Origin: a plasmid
Sequence record: NZ_KX443406.1
Length of the DNA stretch: 64,000 nt
Strand: one strand, 5' to 3'
The stretch's first letter is position 1, and each line of letters opens with the position of its first letter. Under the pieces are notes generated by a model that saw nothing but the letters and a program-made list of their open reading frames with translations, had not been told where the DNA came from and made no database searches. Below, in pieces: positions 26,603 to 36,142 of this stretch. Position numbers and translations under genes: made by a program.

Positions 26603-28258
26603 TCACTGGTTGATCGACCGGTACTTGGCTTCGTTGGCGATGATCTTGTCCGCGTAGGGCCGGGTCTGAACGACGTAGTCGGTGGCGCCGGTGGGGAATC
26701 CACCGGACTCGAGGACGGCGTACTCGCCGGCGTTGTAGCCGGCGAGGTACAGCTCGGTACGGCCGTTGGGCGCGGAGACTTTGCCTTCGGTGATCCAGCC
26801 GTCGATCTTGTTGGCGATCGTGCACATGTAGTTGCCCTGCGCCATCACGGCGTCGGAGACCTTGTTGCGGTCGCCGGACCCGGGCGGCCCGGTCTTGCGG
26901 CCTTCGTCGTCGACGGCGTACCCATACACGTTCCAGGTCGAGTCGATGAACTGGGTGTAGCCGGACGCCCCGGCGGAGTTGTAGCCGTGCTGCTGGAAGT
27001 TGCCTTCCGCTTCGATTTGCGCGGCGAGCAGGGAAGGCTTGATCTGGGGGCAGATTCGTCCGGCGCGTTCGAGCCACGGCGCGAACTCCGGCGGCACGCT
27101 GCCCGGGGCGAGACTGTCGCCCAGGCCCTCACCGGAGATGACGCAGTCCGCGGCCGTCGCCGATGCGCTACCGCCACCGCCGCCCGGAGCCGATCCCCAG
27201 GCGAAGCCCGCTTCGTTGAATCCCTGCCCATTGACCGTGATGTGGACATGGTTGTAGTGGTTCTCGTTCTCCGAGCCGCGGTCCTCCATGAGGTTCGGAG
27301 TGCCGCCCCCGGCCGGGTAGTACGTCTGCCGCCAGATGGCGTACTCGACGTTGAAGAACTCGGCGTTGGCCATAACGTAGTCGAGAATCTCGTTGCCGAG
27401 CTGGACGCCGGCTCCGGATCGGTAGTCCGGGATCATCGCGTCGATGGCCCGGCCCTCGGGATGGTCACCGAACCCGCCACCGTCGGCGCGCCACCCGCCG
27501 AGCGTGCTGATCCGGTCGCCGAACTTTGCGTGCAGGGCCCGGATCAACTTCTTCGTGTCGACCTGCATGTTGGTCTCGGATCCGGCCGACGCCGGAAGCG
27601 GCTTCGACAGATCCGCCGTCAGGGTCTCGCTCGGAGGATTCGGCACCGCCGTCGGGTCACCAGCGGCCGGTGCGCCCGGGGCAGGGGCGGAGTCGTAGTA
27701 CGGCTCGGGGTCGACGGCGGTCGTGCCCCATCCGCCGGGCCATACCTCCCAGTGCAAGTGTGGGCCCGTCGACTGGCCACGATTGCCGATAGTGGCGATC
27801 TGCTGACCGGCCCGAACCTGCTGACCTACCTCGACGCTGTAGGTGTCGATGTGCCCGTAGACGGTGGCCACGAGCTGGCCGTCGCGGACGTGGTCGAGAA
27901 CGACCCACTGCCCGAAACCGCTGGCCTCCCCCGCATTGCGGACAGTGCCGTCGGCCGCCGCGTAGATCGGGGTACCGATGTCGCCGGCGAGGTCGATGCC
28001 CTTGTGCTCCTCGCCCCACCGCGCACCGAACCCGGAGGTGAGTGTGACGGTGGAGGGATCGACGGGCTTGATGAACGAGCCGAGCGGTGCGAGACGGTCG
28101 CCGCCCTGGACCGTACTCGTCGGGCCGAGGCAATTCGTCGCGGCCTGCTGGTCCTCTTCGTCCTGGATCCCCACCATGAGCAGCAGGATCAGCATGAACG
28201 GCACGAGCACAACCGCGAGAATGACCGCGATCAGCCCGGTCCCCCCCTTGTCGTTCAC
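26603..28258 (-). CDS. bifunctional cell-wall hydrolase: M23 peptidase + lytic transglycosylase (SLT) domains (VirB1/TcpG-like)
   Basis: N-terminal TM. M23 motifs HKGIDLAGDIGTPIYAAADGTV ... GPHLHWEV. SLT-like segment at the C-terminus: LLAAQIEAEGNFQQ ... AGASGYTQFIDSTW. Confidence 0.75.
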   Translation of the reverse strand: MNDKGGTGLIAVILAVVLVPFMLILLLMVGIQDEEDQQAATNCLGPTSTVQGGDRLAPLGSFIKPVDPSTVTLTSGFGARWGEEHKGIDLAGDIGTPIYAAADGTVRNAGEASGFGQWVVLDHVRDGQLVATVYGHIDTYSVEVGQQVRAGQQIATIGNRGQSTGPHLHWEVWPGGWGTTAVDPEPYYDSAPAPGAPAAGDPTAVPNPPSETLTADLSKPLPASAGSETNMQVDTKKLIRALHAKFGDRISTLGGWRADGGGFGDHPEGRAIDAMIPDYRSGAGVQLGNEILDYVMANAEFFNVEYAIWRQTYYPAGGGTPNLMEDRGSENENHYNHVHITVNGQGFNEAGFAWGSAPGGGGGSASATAADCVISGEGLGDSLAPGSVPPEFAPWLERAGRICPQIKPSLLAAQIEAEGNFQQHGYNSAGASGYTQFIDSTWNVYGYAVDDEGRKTGPPGSGDRNKVSDAVMAQGNYMCTIANKIDGWITEGKVSAPNGRTELYLAGYNAGEYAVLESGGFPTGATDYVVQTRPYADKIIANEAKYRSINQ

Positions 28259-28554
28259 TGGCTCCTCAATCCCTCTCCGGCCCCGTACTTCGCGATCAGC
28301 ACCCGGTTCAGCTCCCGCGCCATCGCCAGCTCGGTTTCGAGTGCCGCCACCTCTTTCGCGGTCCGTCGCGGGCGCAGCCCGGACCGATTCACCCAGGCCC
28401 TGACGGTTGTCTCTGACACGTCGAGTTGCTTCGAGGCGGCACGCGCTGCAGCGGTGAAGCTGTCACCCGCCTCGATACGGGCGACGACAGCTCGCACGGC
28501 CGCGTCGCGGGTGTCGTCGTCGACGACGTTGTAGCGGCGACGCTCGTAGGTCAT
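28255..28554 (-). CDS. small HTH protein (100 aa)
   Basis: MTYERRRYNVVDDDTRDAAVRAVVARIEAGDSFTAAARAASKQLDVSETTVRAWVNR has an IS3-OrfA-like HTH. Overlaps neighbours by 4 nt at both ends (ATGA). Confidence 0.5.
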   Translation of the reverse strand: MTYERRRYNVVDDDTRDAAVRAVVARIEAGDSFTAAARAASKQLDVSETTVRAWVNRSGLRPRRTAKEVAALETELAMARELNRVLIAKYGAGEGLRSQ

Positions 28555-30326
28555 GCTGCGAATTCCTTCCCTCGGTCGTCGTCGGCCGAGCGCAGTCGGG
28601 CGTCGGTGTCGTGGATGCCGGAAGCTTCTTCCGCTGGGGGAACCCACACCTTGAACGGCGTTCCTGGGGCTGCGCCTTCACCGAGCTTGAGCAGGAACTG
28701 TCCAACGCCGGCCGCGGTGCGCTTGGTCTCTGGCGCCGAGGTGTCCACCGTGTCGTCGGCGGCGACGTAGTTCACGGCGGCCTTGCGGCGGGCCTGTCGC
28801 AGCGCCTTCTTCTCATCGACGGCCGATGTGCCGTCGGTGGCCCAGCTGGTGAGCATGTTCCGTTCGGCTTCCGAGAACTTCATGAACTTGCTCAGCCGGT
28901 CGACCTCTGCCTCCGGAACGGGGCCGATGATCCGGGCGCGGGAACGCTCGACCAAGCCGAGGCCACCGGCCTTTTCCAGCTCTGCGAGCGAGTGCGTCAC
29001 CATCGTCATCGCGACACCGATCGAGCGCTGCAGACGCTGAACAGCATCCACTCGCGGGACTAGCGCGCCGTCCGCGACCGACAGGACCTGCCAGAACTCG
29101 TCCATGAGGACGTGGAACGCCAGGTTCGGCCCCAGCCCAGCATCGGCGAGGATGTGCGCGGCCTCGACAGCGGCGAACGCCTCGTTCCATCCCGAGAGCA
29201 ACACAGCGGCTCGCATGAGCTCGTCGCCCGGCGGGACGGACGACACGTCCAGGCACACCATCGGCTTGGAGATGTCGATCCGAACAGTGCTGTGGCGGTT
29301 GAACGTCTCACCGAAACGTCCCTTGACCAGTGCACGCATCGACCGCAGCAACGGCTTGATCTGCGCACGGTACTCCTCGGCTGAATCGGCGACCGCGTCT
29401 TCCATCAGCTCGTCCGGAGCACCGGCGATGACGTCGATGAGGTCCTGCATCAGTGCCGGCTTGTCGTTGCTGAACTCCGAGTCCTCCGCGTACAGCAGCC
29501 GGATCGCCGAAGCGAGCATCGTCTCCTCGAAGTCCCGGAGGGGCCCGCGACGGACGATCTCGAGCAGCGCGCACGTCATGTTCAACTGGCGGGCGTGCAG
29601 CGCGAACTCTGCACGCTCGCGTTCAAGTGATCCTTCCGGCAGCTGCGCGATCGCTTCGCCGATCGGGCCGCGCGCCAGGGGGTTGTTCGAGCCGGTGCCA
29701 TAGCCCACCTCGCTGACCTGCCCCTCGACAGCCTCGGTCAGGCGACGAAGATCCGGCTTGAGGTCTCCGGGGACCAGGACGCGGGTACCACGCGCGATGT
29801 CGCCCAGGCAGATTCGACGCAGCAGCGTCGACTTACCGAACCCGTTCAGCGCGCAGATCAGGCACGACGGTGCGGTGATCGCCTTCATCTTCCACGCGTA
29901 CAACGGATCGAACCCGACTGCTGCACCGGTGCGCAGGTGCCGGCCGAGGGGGGTACCGAGAAGCGGGGCCTTCGCGCCGACGATCCAGGGGTAGGCGCCT
30001 GCGACCTGCACGTTGGTCCCCCGGTACTCGACGGGCGGCATGACGGTCGACATTCGGCCGCCGCCCGGGCCGTCGAAGCCGCGCTCGTCGAGGGTGGCGA
30101 CGTCGCGGGTGAACCCGTCCGTGCTGGACTTAGTCAGCCGTTCCAGCGTGGCCCGGCGGCTGTACTGGCGCTTGATGAGGGCCTGCTTCCAGGCCTTCTT
30201 GACGGCATTCTGCTCGGCCGCGGCCGCGGATTCGAGCGCGGCAAGATCGGCGTCGGAGAGCAGCGTGCGGGCGATCTTGTCAGCAGGCGTCTGCGGCTTC
30301 GCCTTGGCAGCTTTGTGTGCACTCAT
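28551..30326 (-). CDS. VirB4/TraE-like conjugation ATPase (AAA-like, DUF87-type)
   Basis: Walker A CLICALNGFGKSTLLRRI. Size (591 aa) and position between hydrolase and polytopic membrane proteins fit a Gram-positive/actinobacterial VirB4 homologue. Confidence 0.6.
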   Translation of the reverse strand: MSAHKAAKAKPQTPADKIARTLLSDADLAALESAAAAEQNAVKKAWKQALIKRQYSRRATLERLTKSSTDGFTRDVATLDERGFDGPGGGRMSTVMPPVEYRGTNVQVAGAYPWIVGAKAPLLGTPLGRHLRTGAAVGFDPLYAWKMKAITAPSCLICALNGFGKSTLLRRICLGDIARGTRVLVPGDLKPDLRRLTEAVEGQVSEVGYGTGSNNPLARGPIGEAIAQLPEGSLERERAEFALHARQLNMTCALLEIVRRGPLRDFEETMLASAIRLLYAEDSEFSNDKPALMQDLIDVIAGAPDELMEDAVADSAEEYRAQIKPLLRSMRALVKGRFGETFNRHSTVRIDISKPMVCLDVSSVPPGDELMRAAVLLSGWNEAFAAVEAAHILADAGLGPNLAFHVLMDEFWQVLSVADGALVPRVDAVQRLQRSIGVAMTMVTHSLAELEKAGGLGLVERSRARIIGPVPEAEVDRLSKFMKFSEAERNMLTSWATDGTSAVDEKKALRQARRKAAVNYVAADDTVDTSAPETKRTAAGVGQFLLKLGEGAAPGTPFKVWVPPAEEASGIHDTDARLRSADDDRGKEFAA

Positions 30327-30338
30327 CGGTAGGTCCTT

Positions 30339-31841
30339 CTAGCTGCTGAGGAACGACGGAATGGTGGAGTGGTCGGCGGGAATGACACCGATACCGAGCG
30401 AGGCCGCGAACGCGGCGGACTGCCAGCACCACGATCGGCGCACCGCGAGGCGGCTCTGCCGGGACAGGTCCTGGATCAGCGCGTCGATCTTCGGGACATC
30501 GGAGCTGCCAACCGGTTCGGTGACCGTGACCAGAACACCGAATCGGGTCACGCCGGCGCCACGGGCCTGCTCCATCCGGGCCTGTGCCGTGGAGGCGACG
30601 TCGATCTGGGCCTGGGCGGAGGCGATCCCCATCTGCTTCACCGAACCGCCGCTCGCGGCGGCGAGCGCGTTGCGGTAGTCGCTGTCGACGATCTGAGTGC
30701 CTTCTCCGGCCGAGTGCGGGCGGTAGACGATCGCTACGCGCTTGATCGGCACGGCGGAGTTCGGGGACAGCAACCGCTGCAGCACCGACTCGGTGACCGC
30801 GCCCTTGGGAGCCTCACGCATCTCCCACGTCGCGGAGACCGCGCCGTCGTGGAAGTACCGCCCCCCGTCGGAAGTCTCGTTGGCGGTACGGGGACCACAG
30901 TCCGCCCACTCGAGGCCGGTTCCCTCGCCGGAGTGCAGGCCACGTTCGATGTCGACGACCGACGCCGGGTCGTACGAGCGGCGCACGAACGCCATGATCT
31001 CGTCGGCATCCATCGGCGAGCATGGCGCACCGGCACGGGCGGCGGCCGCGGTCAGGCCGGGCAGCCGGCGACCGAGCTCGACGGCCTGCTCGGACGGGTC
31101 CTGTTTGCGCTCAGCTGTCTTGGCTTCGAATGTGAGCGCGATACGCGCAGTCAGGCGAAGCCCACCGGAGGTCAATCCGGTGGCGAGCTGGTAGTTCGAG
31201 TCCCGGGCCAGCTGCGGAGCATCGGGAAGGGTGTTCTGGTGAATCGTCTCGTACAGCTCGATGCCCGTCTCGGGGAGGGTTTCGAGGACCGTCACCACAC
31301 CGAGGACGTCGGACGTCTCGCCCGCTCCGTTGAGGAACTGCGCCCAGTTCCCGACGTACTGGTCGATCACTTCCTGGTCGACGGTCTCCGCGCCCTGGGG
31401 GAACGCGTCGAGCACGATCGTGTAGGCGTCCTTGCTCGGCATGTGGATCATTCCGAAGCTGCGGCCGTCCGAGTCGATGCCCTCGTACAGCTCGGTATCC
31501 GCGAGGACGCCGGGCAGCCGGTACTTGCGGCCCGGGATGCGGGAGAACGTGCCGGAGGAGTAGACGTGTTCGCCGCGCCGGCCCGCACGCCAGAACTGGA
31601 ATCTCATGAGTGCCCTTTCGTAGCCGGAGCGGCCGTCACGCGAGTTGATGAGGGGGATGAAGGCGAGCGCCAGGGGGACGGCGATCACGAAGGCCACCCC
31701 GAAACCGAAGAAGAGACCGATCAAGAAGACAACCGCAGCGGCACCGATGCCGAGCATCGTCGTGCCGAACGTCGCGCCCATCAGTCCGGTATCGCGGGGC
31801 CGACGCCACGCCCCGTAGGTGTGGTACTCCTGCTCCTTCAT
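30339..31841 (-). CDS. conjugation-associated membrane protein (N-terminal TM hairpin + large C-terminal domain)
   Basis: Hydrophobic hairpin LGIGAAAVVFLIGLFFGFGVAFVIAVPLALAFIPL, then a ~400-aa soluble domain. Overlaps the VirB6-like gene stop (ATGA). Confidence 0.45.
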   Translation of the reverse strand: MKEQEYHTYGAWRRPRDTGLMGATFGTTMLGIGAAAVVFLIGLFFGFGVAFVIAVPLALAFIPLINSRDGRSGYERALMRFQFWRAGRRGEHVYSSGTFSRIPGRKYRLPGVLADTELYEGIDSDGRSFGMIHMPSKDAYTIVLDAFPQGAETVDQEVIDQYVGNWAQFLNGAGETSDVLGVVTVLETLPETGIELYETIHQNTLPDAPQLARDSNYQLATGLTSGGLRLTARIALTFEAKTAERKQDPSEQAVELGRRLPGLTAAAARAGAPCSPMDADEIMAFVRRSYDPASVVDIERGLHSGEGTGLEWADCGPRTANETSDGGRYFHDGAVSATWEMREAPKGAVTESVLQRLLSPNSAVPIKRVAIVYRPHSAGEGTQIVDSDYRNALAAASGGSVKQMGIASAQAQIDVASTAQARMEQARGAGVTRFGVLVTVTEPVGSSDVPKIDALIQDLSRQSRLAVRRSWCWQSAAFAASLGIGVIPADHSTIPSFLSS

Positions 31842-33415
31842 CGCTCAAACCCTCCCGAATTGAATTGCGGGGCAGCCGCGCCCGTCGAGACGGGCTGTCG
31901 GCCGCCGCTGTCACCCGACGCCGGCGCTGCGCCCGAGCTCGTGGGTGTCCCCGCCTCGCTACCGCCCGGGTTGCCCCCGGCCGCGCCGTTGACGTTCGGA
32001 TTCCCGCCACTGGTTCCTCCGGGCTGCTGACCGCCGTCACCGCCGCCACCGAAGCTGGCCGGGGCCGGTTGCGCCGCACCTGTCGTCATGCCGGAGTCGC
32101 CACCAGAGGCGCTGGTAGAAGCCGTTGTCGACGAGCTGCTCGCCACCGCAGCACCGGTCGGTGCACCGCCGCCGGCCATCATCCCGGCGCCCTTCATCGC
32201 GAGGGCTCCGAGTGCCGCACCGGCCGCGGCACCACTGCCACCGCCGCCGAGAGCGCCGACGTTCGGAACGATCATGCGCATCAGCGACGGCAGCACGAGA
32301 GCCGCCGCGCACAGCAGAATCACGCCGGTCAGTGCCATCAGCGCGTCCCCGTTGTCGGGGTTCGAGATCGTCGGTGTCGCCTTGAGGAACAGCATCGCCG
32401 AGCAGCCAATGACGAAGGCACCCACAGGCTTGACCAGGAGCCAGGCGATCGTCCAGGCGATCATCTTGTCGAAGGCCTGGGAGCCGATCTTCGTACCGCC
32501 AGCCGCACCGGCGATCGGCAGGGCGGCCGCCATCAACACGAGGAAGCCGGTTCGCATCAGCATCAGGAAGGCCATCACCAGGCCGCCGAGGATGCCGAGG
32601 AGTCCGATCACGAACAGCAGGGCGGTCCCGCCCGGGCCCGCGTAGACGGCGATCGAGACCATCGCCTCGACGAGGCCACGCGGGTCTTCACCGACGGTCC
32701 CTTCCATGAACCAGTTCGCGATGCCGTCCGAGAGCCGGGTGCCGAGAACGACGAGGCTGGTGAACGTGCCAGCGACGAGGGTCGCCCGCGCCATCTGCCG
32801 GAAGCCCTCTTCCGAGGTGTCGCGGATCGCGCCCGAGCGCGCCATCGCCAGGCGAGCACCGAGGAGAATCATCGACAGCGCGAACGCTGCGACCTGGATG
32901 TAGAAGGTGTACTCACCGATCGAGGAGACGGTGTCGGTGAAGACGTCCGTGTCGATCGGGTTGAACGTGATCCACCAGCCCAGAGCGAACTTGAGGATCT
33001 CCGCTCCAGCGTTGCCGAACGAAAGCGCCGTTTTCTCGACGGCACCCTCAGCAACCGACTGGGCAGCATCACCAATCTTGCCGGTGACGCCCGACATCAC
33101 ATCGCCAGCGGTTTCCCCACACGTATTGACTTCCGCACCGACCGCGCCGGCAAGCCAGCCAGCGACTGCGCCAGCGGTGTTGCCGAGCATCTTGGCGCAG
33201 TCGAGGGCACCTGTGATCGTGCCGGTGACCGTGTCAAGGGTGCTCTTTTCGGATTCACCGTCGGTCGGAGCAGCTTCCTGGCTCGTCGGAGCCGGGGAGC
33301 TCTCCTGCGCCGCCGCCGGTTGAACTGCTATGAGCATTCCGAGAAGAGCGATAAGGGCAATCAGAAGACCCTGCAGCGTCGATCGTTTGAGCGTGCTCAC
33401 CACCAAGATGTCCAC
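31838..33415 (-). CDS. VirB6/TrbL-like polytopic membrane protein with Gly/Ser-rich C-terminal tail
   Basis: Signal peptide, at least 6 TM helices (e.g. WWITFNPIDTDVF...IQVAAFALSMILLGARLAMAR), and a C-terminal low-complexity GGGSGAAAG...GGNPGGS tail. Confidence 0.55.
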   Translation of the reverse strand: MDILVVSTLKRSTLQGLLIALIALLGMLIAVQPAAAQESSPAPTSQEAAPTDGESEKSTLDTVTGTITGALDCAKMLGNTAGAVAGWLAGAVGAEVNTCGETAGDVMSGVTGKIGDAAQSVAEGAVEKTALSFGNAGAEILKFALGWWITFNPIDTDVFTDTVSSIGEYTFYIQVAAFALSMILLGARLAMARSGAIRDTSEEGFRQMARATLVAGTFTSLVVLGTRLSDGIANWFMEGTVGEDPRGLVEAMVSIAVYAGPGGTALLFVIGLLGILGGLVMAFLMLMRTGFLVLMAAALPIAGAAGGTKIGSQAFDKMIAWTIAWLLVKPVGAFVIGCSAMLFLKATPTISNPDNGDALMALTGVILLCAAALVLPSLMRMIVPNVGALGGGGSGAAAGAALGALAMKGAGMMAGGGAPTGAAVASSSSTTASTSASGGDSGMTTGAAQPAPASFGGGGDGGQQPGGTSGGNPNVNGAAGGNPGGSEAGTPTSSGAAPASGDSGGRQPVSTGAAAPQFNSGGFER

Positions 33416-34236
33416 CCCTCATCGAAGGTGGGCACAGTCGTGGAACCCATTCCGTTGGAATCAACTTTGAGAATCCAGCCGGTCCCCTCGCGCCAGACCA
33501 TCGGAACCTTGGTGACGGAGTTCTTGTTCTTCCCATCCGCCGTGTCGGCGCTGTAACCGAACTCCACGAGCGCCAGATCAGGGTTGAACCGCACCTTGAC
33601 CATTGGCATTGCCGAGGCCGGGGTGTTGTTCGGAATGGCTGCCAGGTTCGCCTTCTTGACCTCACCGCCGGGATCGGACAGGAATCCTGCATCGACGAGC
33701 ATCTTCTGGCGATCCGGGCCGCCGAACAGGTAGCCCATGTAGTGGGCAGCAGCCAGTCCGGCACCCTGCGCGGTACGCGAGAACCCTGCCGCGACGCCAT
33801 TGTCGGTGAAGCGCGTCGGACCATCCGAGGTGGAAAACGGAAGATCCATGTTTCCGTGGATTCGCTCGAGCATCACGCCGCCTGGCGCCTGGTCGGCGGG
33901 ACGGTCGGTGCCGGGCTGGGACTGCGGAAGGACGGCACCCTTCTCGTCAATCGGGACGTAGATGACTCGGTTCACACGGTCGAAGACGGGCTCGGGTTCG
34001 AACAGGCTTTGCGCCACCTGGCTGTTCCCTCCAGTGGCGTTCCGATCTGCAGGAACGAGTGGTCCTGCGTCCTCACCGCGGACGAGGATCACGATGCTGA
34101 ACACGATGCCGGCGATGATGATGACCGCGAGAACGGACAGGCCGATCATCAGCTTGGTCGCGGAGTTTCCCTTGTCGTCCGTGGAGGAGTCGTCGGCCGG
34201 CGGGGCGGCCGTCGTGTTGGTGTTCTGTTCGCTCAC
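33397..34236 (-). CDS. membrane-anchored secreted protein (paralogue of the following lipoprotein)
   Basis: GTG start (VSEQNTNTT) after GGAAGGAA SD. Single TM, then an extracytoplasmic domain. Motif AAGFSRTAQGAGLAAAHY aligns with FTGFTHTPQGAALAAITQ of 34233..34844. Confidence 0.5.
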   Translation of the reverse strand: MSEQNTNTTAAPPADDSSTDDKGNSATKLMIGLSVLAVIIIAGIVFSIVILVRGEDAGPLVPADRNATGGNSQVAQSLFEPEPVFDRVNRVIYVPIDEKGAVLPQSQPGTDRPADQAPGGVMLERIHGNMDLPFSTSDGPTRFTDNGVAAGFSRTAQGAGLAAAHYMGYLFGGPDRQKMLVDAGFLSDPGGEVKKANLAAIPNNTPASAMPMVKVRFNPDLALVEFGYSADTADGKNKNSVTKVPMVWREGTGWILKVDSNGMGSTTVPTFDEGWTSWW

Positions 34237-34844
34237 TTGCGGGTTCCTTCCAGGTTGACCAGGTCCGAGGGCATCTCGTCGAGCGCGGTGATGCTGGTGG
34301 CGTCTTCTGCGGGGAGTTCGAGGTGCCAGTCCTCCCCGGTCCACACGACTCGGCTGTGTGATGCGGCGAGGGAGTTGTCGGGGAAGCGCTGCACGACGTC
34401 GACGCTCGCGGCGTCGTCGCTGTAGTCGGTGATCGTGTAGCCGACGATCTCCGGTACCGCCTCAGGGTCGAGTCCCGAGATGGAGACGAGGGCTCGGTTG
34501 GCGGCATACACGTCCCGGGTCTCCCCGGGTGCGGCGACAGATCCGAGGATCTTCGGCCAATCGGTGTCGGACGCTGTTGCCAGCTGGACGGACTGGGTGA
34601 TGGCCGCGAGTGCGGCACCCTGCGGAGTATGGGTGAATCCGGTGAAGGGCTCCCCACTTCCGCCCTTCGGCCCATCGTTCTTGCCGATGGGCACCCACAC
34701 GCCCTTGACCGAGGACCAGCTCGCGATCTCCGGTGCGTCGGTCAGTGATGCTGTGGGCTGGTTGTCGGGCTGTCCTGCTCCTCCGCAGCCGGCGGTGGCC
34801 AGTGCCACCGCGACGATTGCTGCCCCTGCCAGGCGCCGAATCAT
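34233..34844 (-). CDS. lipoprotein (LATAGC lipobox)
   Basis: MIRRLAGAAIVAVALATAGCGG signal/lipobox. Paralogous to 33397..34236. Confidence 0.55.
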   Translation of the reverse strand: MIRRLAGAAIVAVALATAGCGGAGQPDNQPTASLTDAPEIASWSSVKGVWVPIGKNDGPKGGSGEPFTGFTHTPQGAALAAITQSVQLATASDTDWPKILGSVAAPGETRDVYAANRALVSISGLDPEAVPEIVGYTITDYSDDAASVDVVQRFPDNSLAASHSRVVWTGEDWHLELPAEDATSITALDEMPSDLVNLEGTRK

Positions 34845-35239
34845 TCGTTCTCCTGATCCTGCTGTTCTTCTTGCTGCTCAGTCGGTTTCGTTTTGTTCTT
34901 GATTTCTTGGACGATGTCGGCCTTCTGGGGTGGTGTCGTCGACTGCGGTCCGTAGGCGCTCGAGAGCAGGATCGTGGCGATGGTGACCGAGACGCCTCCG
35001 GCCAGGAGTGCACCGATGTTCGCGGCCAGGAACTCCGCGGCCTTCGGCGACTCCATGCCTGCGCCGTGCTTGTGGTCCCACGCCATGCGTGCGCCGACGA
35101 AGATGACCTTCGCGACGCAGATGACGAAGACGATCCCGGCGGCATATCCGAGGAGCGTCTGAATATCTCCGACGACGTCACTGGGCAGTTCGACCACTGC
35201 CAGGTTCTCGGTAGGTGGGTACGAGTCAGGGAATCGCAT
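34841..35239 (-). CDS. VirB2/TrbC-like pilin candidate (paralogue 1)
   Basis: Two hydrophobic helices flank ARMAWDHKHGAGMESPKAAEF, paralogous to GKFAWEKWQNGQSDAVKM of 35258..35539. C-terminal Gln/Glu-rich tail. Confidence 0.45.
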   Translation of the reverse strand: MRFPDSYPPTENLAVVELPSDVVGDIQTLLGYAAGIVFVICVAKVIFVGARMAWDHKHGAGMESPKAAEFLAANIGALLAGGVSVTIATILLSSAYGPQSTTPPQKADIVQEIKNKTKPTEQQEEQQDQENE

Positions 35240-35257
35240 TCCGGGATCGCCTTCTGC

Positions 35258-35539
35258 CTACGCCGAGGTGACGGCGGAGAGGATCGAGTTCGCCGAGATG
35301 GCGACGATCGCACCGACGAGGCTGCCGACGAGCATCTTGACGGCGTCGGACTGGCCGTTCTGCCACTTCTCCCACGCGAACTTGCCGCCCGAGAAAACCA
35401 GTGCGGCAACGCAGGCGAGGGTGACGCCCCAGAGGAGCCAGTTCAGCAACTTGAGCAGGCCGTTCGCGCCGGGCGGCACCTCAGGATTGATGTCGAAGTT
35501 CTGCGCGAGAACCGCGGTGTCGAGGACGGTGTGGAGCAT
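35258..35539 (-). CDS. VirB2/TrbC-like pilin candidate (paralogue 2, 93 aa)
   Basis: Signal-like N-terminus and two TM helices, with a conserved loop shared with 34841..35239. Confidence 0.45.
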   Translation of the reverse strand: MLHTVLDTAVLAQNFDINPEVPPGANGLLKLLNWLLWGVTLACVAALVFSGGKFAWEKWQNGQSDAVKMLVGSLVGAIVAISANSILSAVTSA

Positions 35540-35569
35540 GGAGATTTCCCTCCCTTTGGTGGTGATGAA

Positions 35570-36142
35570 CTACTGCGTCGACCACAGGTCGGGCAGTCGG
35601 TCCTGGATCGCCGTGACGATGCCGATGCCGGCAGCGATCACGTCCGCGGGAACCTGGATGGCGGCTCCCTTGGTCTGGATGGGCACGCCGTCGATCGCGC
35701 GCCAGGTGGGCAGGCTCGACCGGGCGGCCGAGCCGAGGAATCGGTGCCAACCGATCGACCAGTTGTCGTGCACCGCGCCAGCGACGATGGAGCGCCGCTG
35801 GCGAACGTCCTTCGGGACCGCGCCCGCTGTGTTCGCGATCGTGACCAGGCCGAGGAGTTCGGTCTGCAGGCCCCGGTTTCGGTGTTCGAGGATCAGATCG
35901 TGCGCGCTGGCGAGTCCTTCGATGGTTTCCCGGCACACCACGACGACGTACGGGGATTCGCGTTCGCGGTCGGTGCCGCACGGCCATTGCTGGCGGGCAT
36001 CACCTGCGAAGTCCCAGTAGTGCGCGAGCGTCGAGACACCGGCGCCGCCGTGCGCGCCGACAAGCCACACAGCGGGCGACGGACGAACGCCGTCCATCGG
36101 TTCCGATCGGACGTCGAGAGTGATCGAGTCACGTTGGCTCAT
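35570..36142 (-). CDS. ParA/MinD-like protein with lysine-less Walker A (pseudo-ATPase)
   Basis: ATG after GGAGAG SD (MSQRDSITLD). The deviant Walker A position reads VWLVGAHGGAGVSTLA (KGGxGK[ST] with both Lys replaced). Overlaps the next gene by ATGA. Confidence 0.45.
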   Translation of the reverse strand: MSQRDSITLDVRSEPMDGVRPSPAVWLVGAHGGAGVSTLAHYWDFAGDARQQWPCGTDRERESPYVVVVCRETIEGLASAHDLILEHRNRGLQTELLGLVTIANTAGAVPKDVRQRRSIVAGAVHDNWSIGWHRFLGSAARSSLPTWRAIDGVPIQTKGAAIQVPADVIAAGIGIVTAIQDRLPDLWSTQ

